Assembly: GCA_965203805.1 (NCBI GenBank)
Contig: OZ241917.1
Span: forward strand, 1,056,001 to 1,120,000
Reading direction: 5' to 3'
Length of the DNA: 64,000 nt
Origin: Candidatus Latescibacterota bacterium
GTDB taxonomy: Bacteria > Latescibacterota > UBA2968 > GCA-2709665
A program made the translations under genes and the position numbers. Shown piece by piece: positions 43,914 to 53,327 of this stretch; the stretch's first letter is position 1, and the number at the start of each line of letters is the position of its first letter. The notes beneath the pieces were generated by a model. The model saw only the letters and a list, made by a program, of their open reading frames with translations. It searched no databases and was not told where the DNA came from.

Positions 43914-45095
43914 TTAGATCGTGCAGAGATCAAACGTCACCCTGACGTACCCACCCTTGTCATCCTGAAATAAACCAGGTTCGGTTCCATTGAAGTCGAG
44001 CATTGACTTACGCATCACGGGCCATCCCCGACCCCGCTGCTCCATGAATCCCTTGACAACCATAATGTTCGCCATGAGTTCGTTTCTCGATCTTGGATGA
44101 GCTCCCGCGCGGACACTCTCAACCGTCATATGATTCGGCAACGAACCGGGACTACTCACATCGACGTGCTGAGAGAAGACTTCAAGAAGCACCTTTGATC
44201 CTGTGATCGCGTAATCCCGATGCACAACGGCGTTGACTAACGCTTCCCGAAGCGCTGCTTCGGGCAATAGCAAACGGTCTTTCCTCGTCAGTCCACGATA
44301 CGACTCAAATCTCCCAAGACCGTGAAACCAACCGACAGCACGTTCGACCTGTTCATCCAATCGACCAGTCACGTCTGCTACCTGAAGCGTATTCGAAGCC
44401 CGGTCCTCTCCTTCATAAGCGACACATTCTATCCGAAAGCTGTGCGTTTGTGGGTAGCGCTGCGGTTCCCTGCCGAATGCCAGTACACCGTAGAGGGTGG
44501 GGTGCAAACCGTCTCCCAAATGTGCCACCACTCCCCGATTACGGAGGTCGTCAATGTCTTCTGGCTGAGGTTCTCCGGGAATTTCGAGCCCATTTGCCTG
44601 GAGATACTCGCGAAAGCACTGGAAATCGATATCGTCCGTTGTCGCAGCCTGAATCGGGCGTTCCTCGGTCATAATGTAACCGAAAGCGTTGTAGAGTTCC
44701 TGTAATTCGCTGGGTGATGGCTCGACGTTGTTGCGTTCCCTTCGGACCCAAACCCGGCCATCGTAGCGCATCGGCTCGAAACTTCGCTGCCGAGGAATCT
44801 CAATCCAATGTACCCAACCTTTCGGATCCTCATGCCACCCGCGATGTGCGGTGACCGGCGAGCTGCAACCCACTTCCAAGAAAGAAGTCAACCTCTCCTG
44901 AACTCTCTCCGCATCCTCTCTGACCCCGACAATTTCCTGGGCAGGGTCGATGCCCAGAATAACAACGCCTCCGTCGGTGTTTGCAAATGCGCATATCGCT
45001 TTGCCGATCGCAGTCAGGTCGCAGGGGCCGCGTTTGAACTCGCTGTGCCGGTCCTCGCCCAATTCGACTCGCTCAAGGATGTTTAGCCAATCCAT
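43914..45095 (-). CDS. AlbA_2/Schlafen-domain protein with HATPase-like (RecG-C-type) domain
   Basis: GE....EFKR, ICAFANTDGG..ILGI, ALREALVNAVVHRDY, SPG.LP, RN. Confidence 0.85.
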   Translation of the reverse strand: MDWLNILERVELGEDRHSEFKRGPCDLTAIGKAICAFANTDGGVVILGIDPAQEIVGVREDAERVQERLTSFLEVGCSSPVTAHRGWHEDPKGWVHWIEIPRQRSFEPMRYDGRVWVRRERNNVEPSPSELQELYNAFGYIMTEERPIQAATTDDIDFQCFREYLQANGLEIPGEPQPEDIDDLRNRGVVAHLGDGLHPTLYGVLAFGREPQRYPQTHSFRIECVAYEGEDRASNTLQVADVTGRLDEQVERAVGWFHGLGRFESYRGLTRKDRLLLPEAALREALVNAVVHRDYAITGSKVLLEVFSQHVDVSSPGSLPNHMTVESVRAGAHPRSRNELMANIMVVKGFMEQRGRGWPVMRKSMLDFNGTEPGLFQDDKGGYVRVTFDLCTI

Positions 45096-45737
45096 ACTGA
45101 AAGACCTCAAGACCCACATTTCAGCCGGCGTCGGCAAGACGCTTCGGCACCAGCGTCAACGGTCCTGACACGATGGCGTCGCGGACGGCCGGTTGCTAAA
45201 TAGGCCCGGCACACGCTATGCGGCCTTGATATGCCATCGCCTCCAATTGGATTACTTGATGCGCGTCGCCATTGACGACGACTTTCTCCAAGCAAGTGTT
45301 CCGACTGTCAACGGTGTCCGATAGCGAAGCCCGTTGGAGATCAGATGCTGATTTCGTCGACGCGTCAGCTAATCTTTCACGCTTCTTGCAACCGAATAAT
45401 ATACAATGCAGCGAAACTCACACCCGAAACACCTTCATCACCTCGTCGCCGAGGTGATTGATTACCTTTACCGCAATCCTGCCGGACTTTGGTTTTGCGA
45501 ATGGCCGGGATGTGTCGCTATGGAGGGTTTCCCAGGCTTCCTGGTTGATTTCGGCTTTGAGGGTGGTCTTGAGAGATTTGTATGGGTCGTTTGCGCCGAG
45601 GAAGTATGCCTGGCGAACAAAGAAGCTCTCCTCGTTGTAGTCGGTATCCACGAACCAGCAAGCGATTCCATCAGCGTTGTCGCTGCGGACCTCGCCGGTG
45701 TTGGGGTGAAACACATCTACGCCATGGACGGTGACCT

Positions 45738-45760
45738 GTGACCAGTGGCCGGTGGTCAGT
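45738..45760. repeat. Heptamer-repeat arm downstream of the nested gene
   Basis: gtgaccagtggccggtggtcagt, inverted relative to 46174-46196. Confidence 0.8.
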
Positions 45761-45782
45761 GAAAGCGGGAAATCTGAGCTAC

Positions 45783-46151
45783 TCAGGTCCTCGAGTGCAG
45801 CGAGCGTTTTAGCCCGTTGAGCATACGTCCGATTTCTCCCGTTTGACTCAGTAGCTGATTGACCTGTTCCGTCGTGGCCATCCCCAATCGGCGCACCAGA
45901 ATCAGGTATGTCTCCGTCTCTGCCAGAGACCCGCTCGCGATCCCCAGAAACCGAAGAAACTCCCTGGTCCCGTGTCGTTCTGCTCCCTCGGCGATGTTCG
46001 CCGCGATCGAAATCACCGATCTCCGTATCTGGCTGCTGAGACCGTACTTCTCGTCCGGCGGAAACTGAGCAGAGACTCGATAGATCTTCTCTGCCAAGTC
46101 TATTGATTTCTTCCAAACTTCCAATTCCTGATAACTCTTCAATGTGCTCAT
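45783..46151 (-). CDS. Four-helix-bundle protein (23S rRNA IVP / bAvd-like family) nested inside mod
   Basis: SYQELEVWKKS...FP.DEKYGL.SQIRRS..SI.ANIAEG......EF.RFL.IA.GSL.E.ET signature; own ATG after AGGATGG; +1 frame relative to mod. Confidence 0.93.
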   Translation of the reverse strand: MSTLKSYQELEVWKKSIDLAEKIYRVSAQFPPDEKYGLSSQIRRSVISIAANIAEGAERHGTREFLRFLGIASGSLAETETYLILVRRLGMATTEQVNQLLSQTGEIGRMLNGLKRSLHSRT

Positions 46152-46173
46152 AGTTCGCCACCATCCTGCCTCT

Positions 46174-46206
46174 ACTGGTCACCAGCCACTGACCACTGAC
46201 TACTGA
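46174..46206. repeat. Heptamer-repeat arm (TCAGTGG-like on minus strand) upstream of the nested gene
   Basis: Minus strand TCAGTAG TCAGTGG TCAGTGG CTGGTGA CCAGT. Confidence 0.85.
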
Positions 46207-46859
46207 AATATCCGGCTCCCCGAAGACGACAAATAGGTTTCCGTTGCCGGTGTTCTTAAGGTCTTCCGCCATGTGGAGGTCTGCATTCATACGCGCTTTG
46301 AGAACCGGGACGCGGCCAGCTTTGTTGAAATCCGAAGCATGGGCATCGTAGTTGAAAGCACAGGCGATTAACACATCAAAATCGGCATCGGCTGCCTCCC
46401 GGGCGGCCTGTACCAGATCGGGGCGGGAGACCGTGCCGAATTCGGGCCCAACAAAGATACCCGCGCGTTTCTCGGAACCGTATGAGGCGTTTCCCTCAGC
46501 GTAAGTTCCCTCTGCGCAGACAAGATCGCCGGGCCAGGGTCGCATCCCTGAGAAAAAAATCCGGTCCTCTTTGTGCGCCTGCTGGACGCCCGCGTTCTTG
46601 AGATTTTCCAGGATTATCTCCGCGAAGTCCGGCTTTTCTCCGTAGCCGAGTTTCGCCTCGGCGACGTTGTCTATCAATGCATCGTCTTCGTCGACACCGA
46701 GAAGTCGGTGCGGCGACAGACTCTCGACCGTGAACGGTCCCGCTACCCGCACTTTCTTCTTGTCCTCGAACGGCTTGTCGTAAAGATACTCGTAATCCGC
46801 TTTGGCGGCTATGGATGCATCGATTTCCTCTTGACGGGCGATGCGATAATCCCAGAATT

Positions 46860-46995
46860 CAGTGAGCAGTGGCTGAGTGGCCGGTGGCCAGTCTTCCGGC
46901 TTCTCACGCGGCACCTCCCATTCTTCCAATGGCCGGCCGATGTTTTGTGTCCCTTCGCGGCCTCCCGACCACTGGCCACTGACCACTGACAACTG
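46860..46995. repeat. Second inverted pair of heptamer-repeat arms inside mod (46860-46893 and 46967-46995)
   Basis: Minus strand CAGTTGT CAGTGGT CAGTGGC CAGTGGT ... GACTGGC CACCGGC CACTCAG CCACTGC. Confidence 0.75.
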
Positions 46996-48723
46996 TTCCC
47001 GCAACGTCTCCAGCGTTTCCTGGTATTTCTCCCAGATTACATCGATTTCGGCGTTGTTGGCGATGGACTTAAGGGTAATATGTGGAACGCGCTCGTACAC
47101 GAAACCCTGACGAATATCGTTACCCGTGGTCGCTTCCGAGGGAGCTTTTCGGGCGAGCGCGGCTTCCTTGATTTGGCCGTCGCGGCTGTCGGAGAGCAGG
47201 TAGTAGGGATAGCGTGCACCCATGACGCGGGCTCGGGCGAGCGCGAGGGCGACGCGGGAGGTGTCGATTGTGATCCAGCGGCGACCCCACTGCTCAGCGA
47301 CGTAGGCCGTGGTGCCGGAGCCGCAGGTGGGGTCGAGGACGAGATCGCCGGGGTCGGTGGTCATTAGAATGCAGCGTTCGACTACTCGACGTGCTGTTTG
47401 AACGACGTAGACCTTATACTCACTCCAACCCGCGATGGCTGTATCGTTCCACGCATTATTCAATGGCAGGGCGGGGTAATCGCTAAGGTATCGTACGTAG
47501 TTCACTGAAGATGAACGGACATAGAGACGATTGGCCTTGTCGAGCCTTCTCATACCGCCCACATTGGTCTTCCACCCTCCAGATCCAGGACGGAAGCACC
47601 GGCCACGATAGGAGTATTCGAACCGAGTGGTGTCGCCCCCCGATTGGGATGTCAAGTTATCGATTCTCAGGCAGTCTCTGGTAGTCTTTGGGTCGACTAA
47701 TTCAGAGGCTGCCAGCCGTCTAATCTCCCCTCCGTCATCACGCACGTAAACATATTCCGCAGCACCCTGTGTTTGGTGGGACTTGCTTCGTTTCAGACTA
47801 CGGAATTTCATCATCTCCTTGTTTCGTGAGTACCAGATAGCACAGTCCGATACGCTCGGAATAAAGGCAGATGTGGCGCTTGATGTCTTGGCGAACGAAA
47901 TGGTGCTCACATGATTCATCTCTCCAAACACCTCGTCCATCAACGCCCGCACCCGGTGCACATTCTCGTCGCCAATCTGGACGAAGACCGACCCACTCTC
48001 CGTCAACAGATCCCGCGCCACAGTCAGCCGGTCCCTCAGATATGTTAAGTAGGAATGAATCCCGTCCCGCCACGTATCCCGAAAGGCCTTGACCTGCTCA
48101 GGCTCGCGGGTGATGTGATCGGCCTTGCCGTCCTTGACGTCGCGGCTGGTCGTTGACCATTGGAAGTTTGAGTTAAACCTGATGCCGTACGGCGGATCAA
48201 TGTAGATGCACTGCACTTTGCCGCGGAGCCCCTCTCGCTCCGTCAGCGACGCCATCACCTGTAGACTATCGCCGAGAATCATCCGGTTCGACTAGTTGGC
48301 ATCGTGCAGGTAAAATTCCGTCTGAGCGTCCGTACTCGGTAGCCCGTTGAAATCCGCGAACAGGTCGGGTTGGGTGCCCGATTCGCCCTCCGTTTTCCCA
48401 GTATCCGATTCTTTGCTACGCTGCCGCAGGTCGTCGATTAACACCTTGGGTTGAACCTTTTCCTGAATAAACAGCGGCGGTGCCTGCACGACAAGATCGG
48501 ACCAATTCTGCTCGTCCTTCCCCCGCCACACAAGTTGTGGATCCAGATCCCGGTTCCGTCGTTCGTACGCCACCTTGATCGGATTTCTATCGTCATCCTT
48601 TATTACCGCCTGATATTCAGCCGTAGGGATGTTCTTTCTCGTCGCGTCCTGATGTCGAATGGCTTCGACCTGTTTGGTTTTTCGTGCTTTTCGCGCCATC
48701 TAAGGTTTCACTCCTCCACATTT

Positions 48724-48912
48724 CTACCTGGTCGGTTCTACTCCGAGATCGCGGCAGATCTTTCTTGCCAACCAATCGTCGATTTCTCGATGGCGTGGAA
48801 TCGCAGAACGACGGCCATTTCGGTCGTTACGCCACCAGGAATGCCTCCCGCCTTCACGGATCAAGGCGCATCCGTGCCGCCGAAGGTGTTTAAGCAGGTC
48901 AACCCGCTTCAT
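48724..48912 (-). CDS. hicA: HicA family toxin
   Basis: MKR.DL.KHL...GC...REGG.H..W.N......IPRH.EI...LA.KIC..LG. Confidence 0.9.
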   Translation of the reverse strand: MKRVDLLKHLRRHGCALIREGGRHSWWRNDRNGRRSAIPRHREIDDWLARKICRDLGVEPTR

Positions 48913-49118
48913 GTTATCACGACCTTCTCCTCATGATAGTCCTCGCCCGCCGCATCCAAAGCTTCGCGCCGGTTGAATTTCAATGCCTCGGAGAGGGTTT
49001 CCACGAGGCTCTGCCTTAATTCTTTATGGGTACGTTCCTGGCAATTCACGCCAGGTACTTCCTCAATCCAGCCAATCCACCACTTACCTCTGCGTTTCAC
49101 GACGGCTGTGTATTCCAT
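48909..49118 (-). CDS. hicB: HicB family antitoxin (short form)
   Basis: YTAVVK....WWIGWIEEVPGVNCQE.T..EL; ATGA overlap with hicA. Confidence 0.9.
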   Translation of the reverse strand: MEYTAVVKRRGKWWIGWIEEVPGVNCQERTHKELRQSLVETLSEALKFNRREALDAAGEDYHEEKVVIT

Positions 49119-49120
49119 GT

Positions 49121-49259
49121 TCACCTCGTAGTCTTGACGGAAAGGCAACCTTCGACGGCGTCATAGAGGTTTGTCAGAAACTCCCCAAAGGATTCACCTT
49201 GCGTCGCACATCCAGGGACGGGGGTACTTGCACCGATGGATCACAACTTTCAATTTCAT
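49121..49259 (-). pseudogene. Second hicB-type antitoxin gene, internally deleted and frameshifted
   Basis: MKLKVVIH, then a shifted frame VPGCATQGESFGEFLTNLYDAVEGCLSV; RBS GAGG; 139 nt is not a multiple of 3. Confidence 0.8.
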
Positions 49260-49336
49260 TGTTACCTCATCGACCAGTTCGAGGTCGCTGTTCACCTCAA
49301 TCATTACGCTACCCCTTCCGCCGAAGGTGCAGCAGT

Positions 49337-50116
49337 TCACGCCGCAACACGTTGCAAGACCTTCCGATTGAAGTCTTCTCGGGAAGCCAGAGATGATATC
49401 ATATCGCCGCCGACGTCGGAGAGTCTCGCCAGATCCCTCCTGGGGATCTCCGCCTGATCTTCGAACACGAGAATGGACTCGAAGTGGAGGTCGTGCCGGT
49501 GGAAATGTGAAAGCATGATCGTCGTTAGACGTGCCTTGTCACGGTTTGGTACACCGTAGAGGAACAAAGGAACGTCCCCCTTGCCCTCGATGCGGTAGTC
49601 CACGGGGTAGACCTCGGCGTTTGGTACCCGCGGTTGGAAGTCCCGTTCGATCTTGGCTTCGTCCACCATGCTGAAAAGAAGATCGGTCAAGTCGTCGTAG
49701 AACGTGGAACCGACGTTCGAGCGAGACAGCATCGTCAGGTCGTAGACCCTGGTCAGCGCCTGTCCAAAGGAAAAGATGGCTTCCGGCAGCCGTTCAGGTG
49801 ACGTCTCCAGCGAGAAGGCGCCGCCGTCCCATTGAAGTCCGGTTTCACCCATGATGCGTTCAAGGAGCATCCCCCGCGTTCCATCCAGAAATGCGTCCAC
49901 GTCATGCTCGTAGCTGATGTGCATGAGTGTGTGTCCGCGATCCGACAGCCGGAACCCGCCCGACCCCACTTCGGCAAGGTGAATCGGATAGCGGTCTCCA
50001 TCGGGAAACTCGAAACGCGTGCGAAGCATTAACGCTCCGTCAGGGCGTTGTTCGACTCCTACGTCTTCGCAGAGACGTTTGCATAATAGCTCTCGAAGCG
50101 CGTCGAGGTCGATCAT
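49337..50116 (-). CDS. DUF1828-domain protein
   Basis: T.F.FPDGD...I........LSD.G.T; C-terminal VDY.I nuclease-like segment. Confidence 0.75.
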   Translation of the reverse strand: MIDLDALRELLCKRLCEDVGVEQRPDGALMLRTRFEFPDGDRYPIHLAEVGSGGFRLSDRGHTLMHISYEHDVDAFLDGTRGMLLERIMGETGLQWDGGAFSLETSPERLPEAIFSFGQALTRVYDLTMLSRSNVGSTFYDDLTDLLFSMVDEAKIERDFQPRVPNAEVYPVDYRIEGKGDVPLFLYGVPNRDKARLTTIMLSHFHRHDLHFESILVFEDQAEIPRRDLARLSDVGGDMISSLASREDFNRKVLQRVAA

Positions 50117-50240
50117 TAGAGCATCCGCTTCGGCATTGACCGGAGTCCTGCAAGCTCCTCGTCGGTATATAGCTTGGTATTCACGTACAATCGCCGGCAG
50201 GCTCATTCGAGTGATGAACCTACCTCGCCTCCCTTTTTGC

Positions 50241-53200
50241 TCAGGCTTCGACAGTCTGCTGGTTGCACCTGAGTATTTCGTTCCGGATCATTTCATCAAA
50301 CGTCGCTTCCACTTTTGACTCGAAGTCTGCTTGCATCTCGTAAACGTCGGAGAACTCTGCGAACGCCCATCGCCCGTAGTTCTCGAGGTTGTTCACGCCA
50401 GGGACCCAGTAGGTGTCCATTGTGGTCTTCTTCTGCTTGGCGTCCTCGCCTCGATAGCCTTTGATTTCCACGATGAGGTGCAGAGGATCATCTTCACCTC
50501 GTCCGTCGTCAACGACGACGATAAAGTCGGGGATGTACGTCCGTGTTTTCGAACCATGTCTGTAGGGTACTTCGAGTCCCAGATTGTGATTCTTGACGTA
50601 CGATTTTACCTGGGGATGAGATTCGGCAACACGGCAGAATTCCGCCTCCCAGTCGCTGTCCAGTACCACCCAATTGATGTGGCAGCGACGTGGATCCGTT
50701 TGATATCGTCTCGTTTTGGTCGTATTGAAATTCACCTCGGCGGTCGATCCGAACGGGTTGTAGGGATCGAGCACGGCCTTAACAGGACGACTGCCAATTT
50801 GCGCCTGGGTGATGGCCGCCGTGATTCGATTGCACGCGTCGTCTGCAAGCGCCTGGTACATCAATTGCGCCGGGTAGGTGCTTCCCTTGCAGATAAGACA
50901 GTTATCCAACCATTTCCTTGTGATGCTCTTCAGTTGTCCGAAGAGATGGAGCTTCGGTTCATCTCCCGGATCCCGCCATTTTGTATACAATAGCCTCTGG
51001 GTAAGGTGGAACAAGAGTGTGGATTGCCGAAGATCGTTTGTATGGATCAGGTTGAGATCCACGCCTTCACCAATAATCCCCTGATTGGTGGTAATGGACG
51101 GCCCGATCAGATCCGGCGTCAGTTCCATAACGGAGTCGTCGTTGAACTCGGCCGTAAGCCTCTCTTCGGGCAATTCCACGCGATATCCGGCCACCCGGGG
51201 GAATCGTATCTCAAGTGCGTCCCTCTCCGGCCGCATCGCGCGTACCTGGACAGTTTCTCGCGGGGCAGGTGGAGCAACCACGACAGGTTTGGCGGTAAAG
51301 TCGAATGGTATGCCCAAGACGTCAGCATACTCCACGTCGAACAAGCCGATGTCATTGAGATCGTAGGACTGACGGCGCAGGGCGCGGCCGACAACCTGCT
51401 CACAGAGCAACTGAGTGCCGAATGCGCGGACTCCCAGAACGTGGCTGACGTTGTTCGCGTCCCAGCCTTCGGTGAGCATGGACACAGAAACCACACACCG
51501 AATGGAATCCCCGAGCCGGCCGGCCTTGCCGACCGTGTTCATGACCTCACGGAGAAGCTCCTGGTCGGAGATCTTTTCAGCCTGTTGTCGATCCCCCGTT
51601 CGTTCGATAATCTCTCGCCTGAATCGTTCGATTTCATCGGCGGCCATCTTCCGGAAACTCGTGTCCAACGCGTCGCCGGACTCCAACTGCTCGCTGTCTA
51701 TAAGTAAAGTACGTGGCCGAGCGAACTTTTCTCCATATTCGTCGAAGTTGCGAAACAGATCGAGGCGTCCCTGAACAAAATTCGACGAACCTTCGTCGGT
51801 CTCGCGATAGAATCCGGAGATGTAGTCGTAAACCAGCTTGGATGTCGACGTATTGTTGCAGACGACGATAAAACACGGCGGAACGGTTATGCCCGCGTTT
51901 TCCATCACTTCAAAGGTATTCTTGTAATGCCCGTAAAGCGCCTCCAGCGCTGTCTGCAGTTCAACGGGAAGGCTCAGCGGATCGAGATGCTTGCTCTTGC
52001 CGCGTCCCTTCTTTGGCATGGCAGGACGAATGTGTTCCCAGAGGTTCCTGAACTTGGGCATGTCCCCACCGGGGATGTTGTCCGCTACGGGCACGCGGGG
52101 AAGTTTGACGATGCCGCACTCAATCGCATCCATCAACGAAAAGTCGCACATTGTCCATGGGAACAGTGTCCCTTCCGCATATCCGGAACCACGCAAGAAG
52201 AAAGGCGTGGCTGAGAGATCCAGGACACGGCTGATGCCAAGCTTTCTGTCAACCGTCTCCAGTCCCGAAATCCACAGACGCGCGGCTTCCGTGTTCTTCT
52301 CGGCTTCTTTCCTATCGTCACCCTTAAGCGTGCCTTCCTCCCCGCGCCCCGGCTTTTCACGGTAGCAGTGATGGGCTTCGTCATTCAGGACGATGACATT
52401 CTTGATCCCCATCAGTTCGGGCATCACCCGCTGGAGCATCTGACCCTCTGATTCCAACGTCGCCAATGGTTCGCCACGACCTTGAAGTAATAAACGACCT
52501 CCCTTGGAAAGGTCAAAGCGCTCCCGCAACTTGAACGCGTGGTAATTGGTGATGACGATCTTCGCCTGTTGAAGATCCGCCAGCATGTCGCCTGGGACCA
52601 ATTCACGTTGTTTATAGTAGCTGTCCGGATCGTTGGGTTGCAACACACGCAGCCGATCCTTGATCGTGATACCGGGCGTGACGACGAGGAATCCCCGCGT
52701 AAATCGCCTGCTCTGCGGTCGGCGTACGGCGTTGATGGTCTGCCATGCGATCAACATCGCCATGACCGTGGTCTTGCCAGCCCCCGTCGCCAGTTTTAAC
52801 GCCAGTCGCTGCAATCCTGTATTCGCTTCTTTGTTGGCGCTGGCCAGATGGTCGAGGAATCTCCTGCCGGTCGCGCCGGCTTGCGGGGCAACCTCTGTCA
52901 GCCAGATAACCGTTTCCACGGCTTCGATCTGACAAAAGAATGGCTTAATATCATTAAACGGATGTTTCCGCCAGTACTCGAGCAATCGGGCAGTTTCGGA
53001 TGAGACCTGCCATTGTCTGGGATTCGGCAGTTTTCGCCAGCGGTCGACCTGAAGTCGTACGCCGTTGATAATTTCGGTCAGGTCGTATTGCTGGCCTTCT
53101 GTCCCGAGTCTCCTGGCAGCCTCGTCGAAGACCATCGCCGTTTGATCCGTTGAAGATCCCGTTCGCTTTCTCGGCAATGGGATGGGCGAAATAAACTCTG

Positions 53201-53327
53201 CCCGCCTTCGACTTTCGACGACATTCTGTGTAGGCTGGCCGGTCTCATCCAGCTCCCAGTGTCTGCTCGGGTACTCGTACGGCGAGTTGAGTATCGGTCG
53301 TTCGAAGAATTGATCGCTCAAATCCAA
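50241..53327 (-). CDS. res: Type III restriction endonuclease Res subunit
   Basis: PILNSPY, LATGAGKT, NDEAHHCY, SATP, MLTEGWD, QVVGRALRR, YIPDF...VEIKG. Confidence 0.93.
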   Translation of the reverse strand: MDLSDQFFERPILNSPYEYPSRHWELDETGQPTQNVVESRRRAEFISPIPLPRKRTGSSTDQTAMVFDEAARRLGTEGQQYDLTEIINGVRLQVDRWRKLPNPRQWQVSSETARLLEYWRKHPFNDIKPFFCQIEAVETVIWLTEVAPQAGATGRRFLDHLASANKEANTGLQRLALKLATGAGKTTVMAMLIAWQTINAVRRPQSRRFTRGFLVVTPGITIKDRLRVLQPNDPDSYYKQRELVPGDMLADLQQAKIVITNYHAFKLRERFDLSKGGRLLLQGRGEPLATLESEGQMLQRVMPELMGIKNVIVLNDEAHHCYREKPGRGEEGTLKGDDRKEAEKNTEAARLWISGLETVDRKLGISRVLDLSATPFFLRGSGYAEGTLFPWTMCDFSLMDAIECGIVKLPRVPVADNIPGGDMPKFRNLWEHIRPAMPKKGRGKSKHLDPLSLPVELQTALEALYGHYKNTFEVMENAGITVPPCFIVVCNNTSTSKLVYDYISGFYRETDEGSSNFVQGRLDLFRNFDEYGEKFARPRTLLIDSEQLESGDALDTSFRKMAADEIERFRREIIERTGDRQQAEKISDQELLREVMNTVGKAGRLGDSIRCVVSVSMLTEGWDANNVSHVLGVRAFGTQLLCEQVVGRALRRQSYDLNDIGLFDVEYADVLGIPFDFTAKPVVVAPPAPRETVQVRAMRPERDALEIRFPRVAGYRVELPEERLTAEFNDDSVMELTPDLIGPSITTNQGIIGEGVDLNLIHTNDLRQSTLLFHLTQRLLYTKWRDPGDEPKLHLFGQLKSITRKWLDNCLICKGSTYPAQLMYQALADDACNRITAAITQAQIGSRPVKAVLDPYNPFGSTAEVNFNTTKTRRYQTDPRRCHINWVVLDSDWEAEFCRVAESHPQVKSYVKNHNLGLEVPYRHGSKTRTYIPDFIVVVDDGRGEDDPLHLIVEIKGYRGEDAKQKKTTMDTYWVPGVNNLENYGRWAFAEFSDVYEMQADFESKVEATFDEMIRNEILRCNQQTVEA

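Larger units (their letters stand above)
45418..48699 (-). pseudogene. mod: Type III R-M methyltransferase Mod, interrupted by an in-frame TAG (48292-48294) and carrying a ~155-codon in-frame insertion
   Basis: ORFs 48292-48699 and 45418-48282 share a frame (..LHDAN*SNRMILGDSL..); DPPY motif IV, TRD, DPTCGSGTT motif I (beta-class order); res upstream. Confidence 0.8.
38311..53327 (-). mobile_element. Defence island downstream of tRNA-Ile2 (no integrase or att repeat seen)
   Basis: Co-oriented R-M, toxin-antitoxin, helicase and nuclease genes plus relics; visibly more AT-rich stretches than the flanks. Confidence 0.65.

Noticed and set aside
45783-46151. Diversity-generating retroelement suggested by the Avd-like gene
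   Set aside because: No reverse transcriptase is present, and the mod/mod-relic pair differs at synonymous sites of all bases rather than only at adenines
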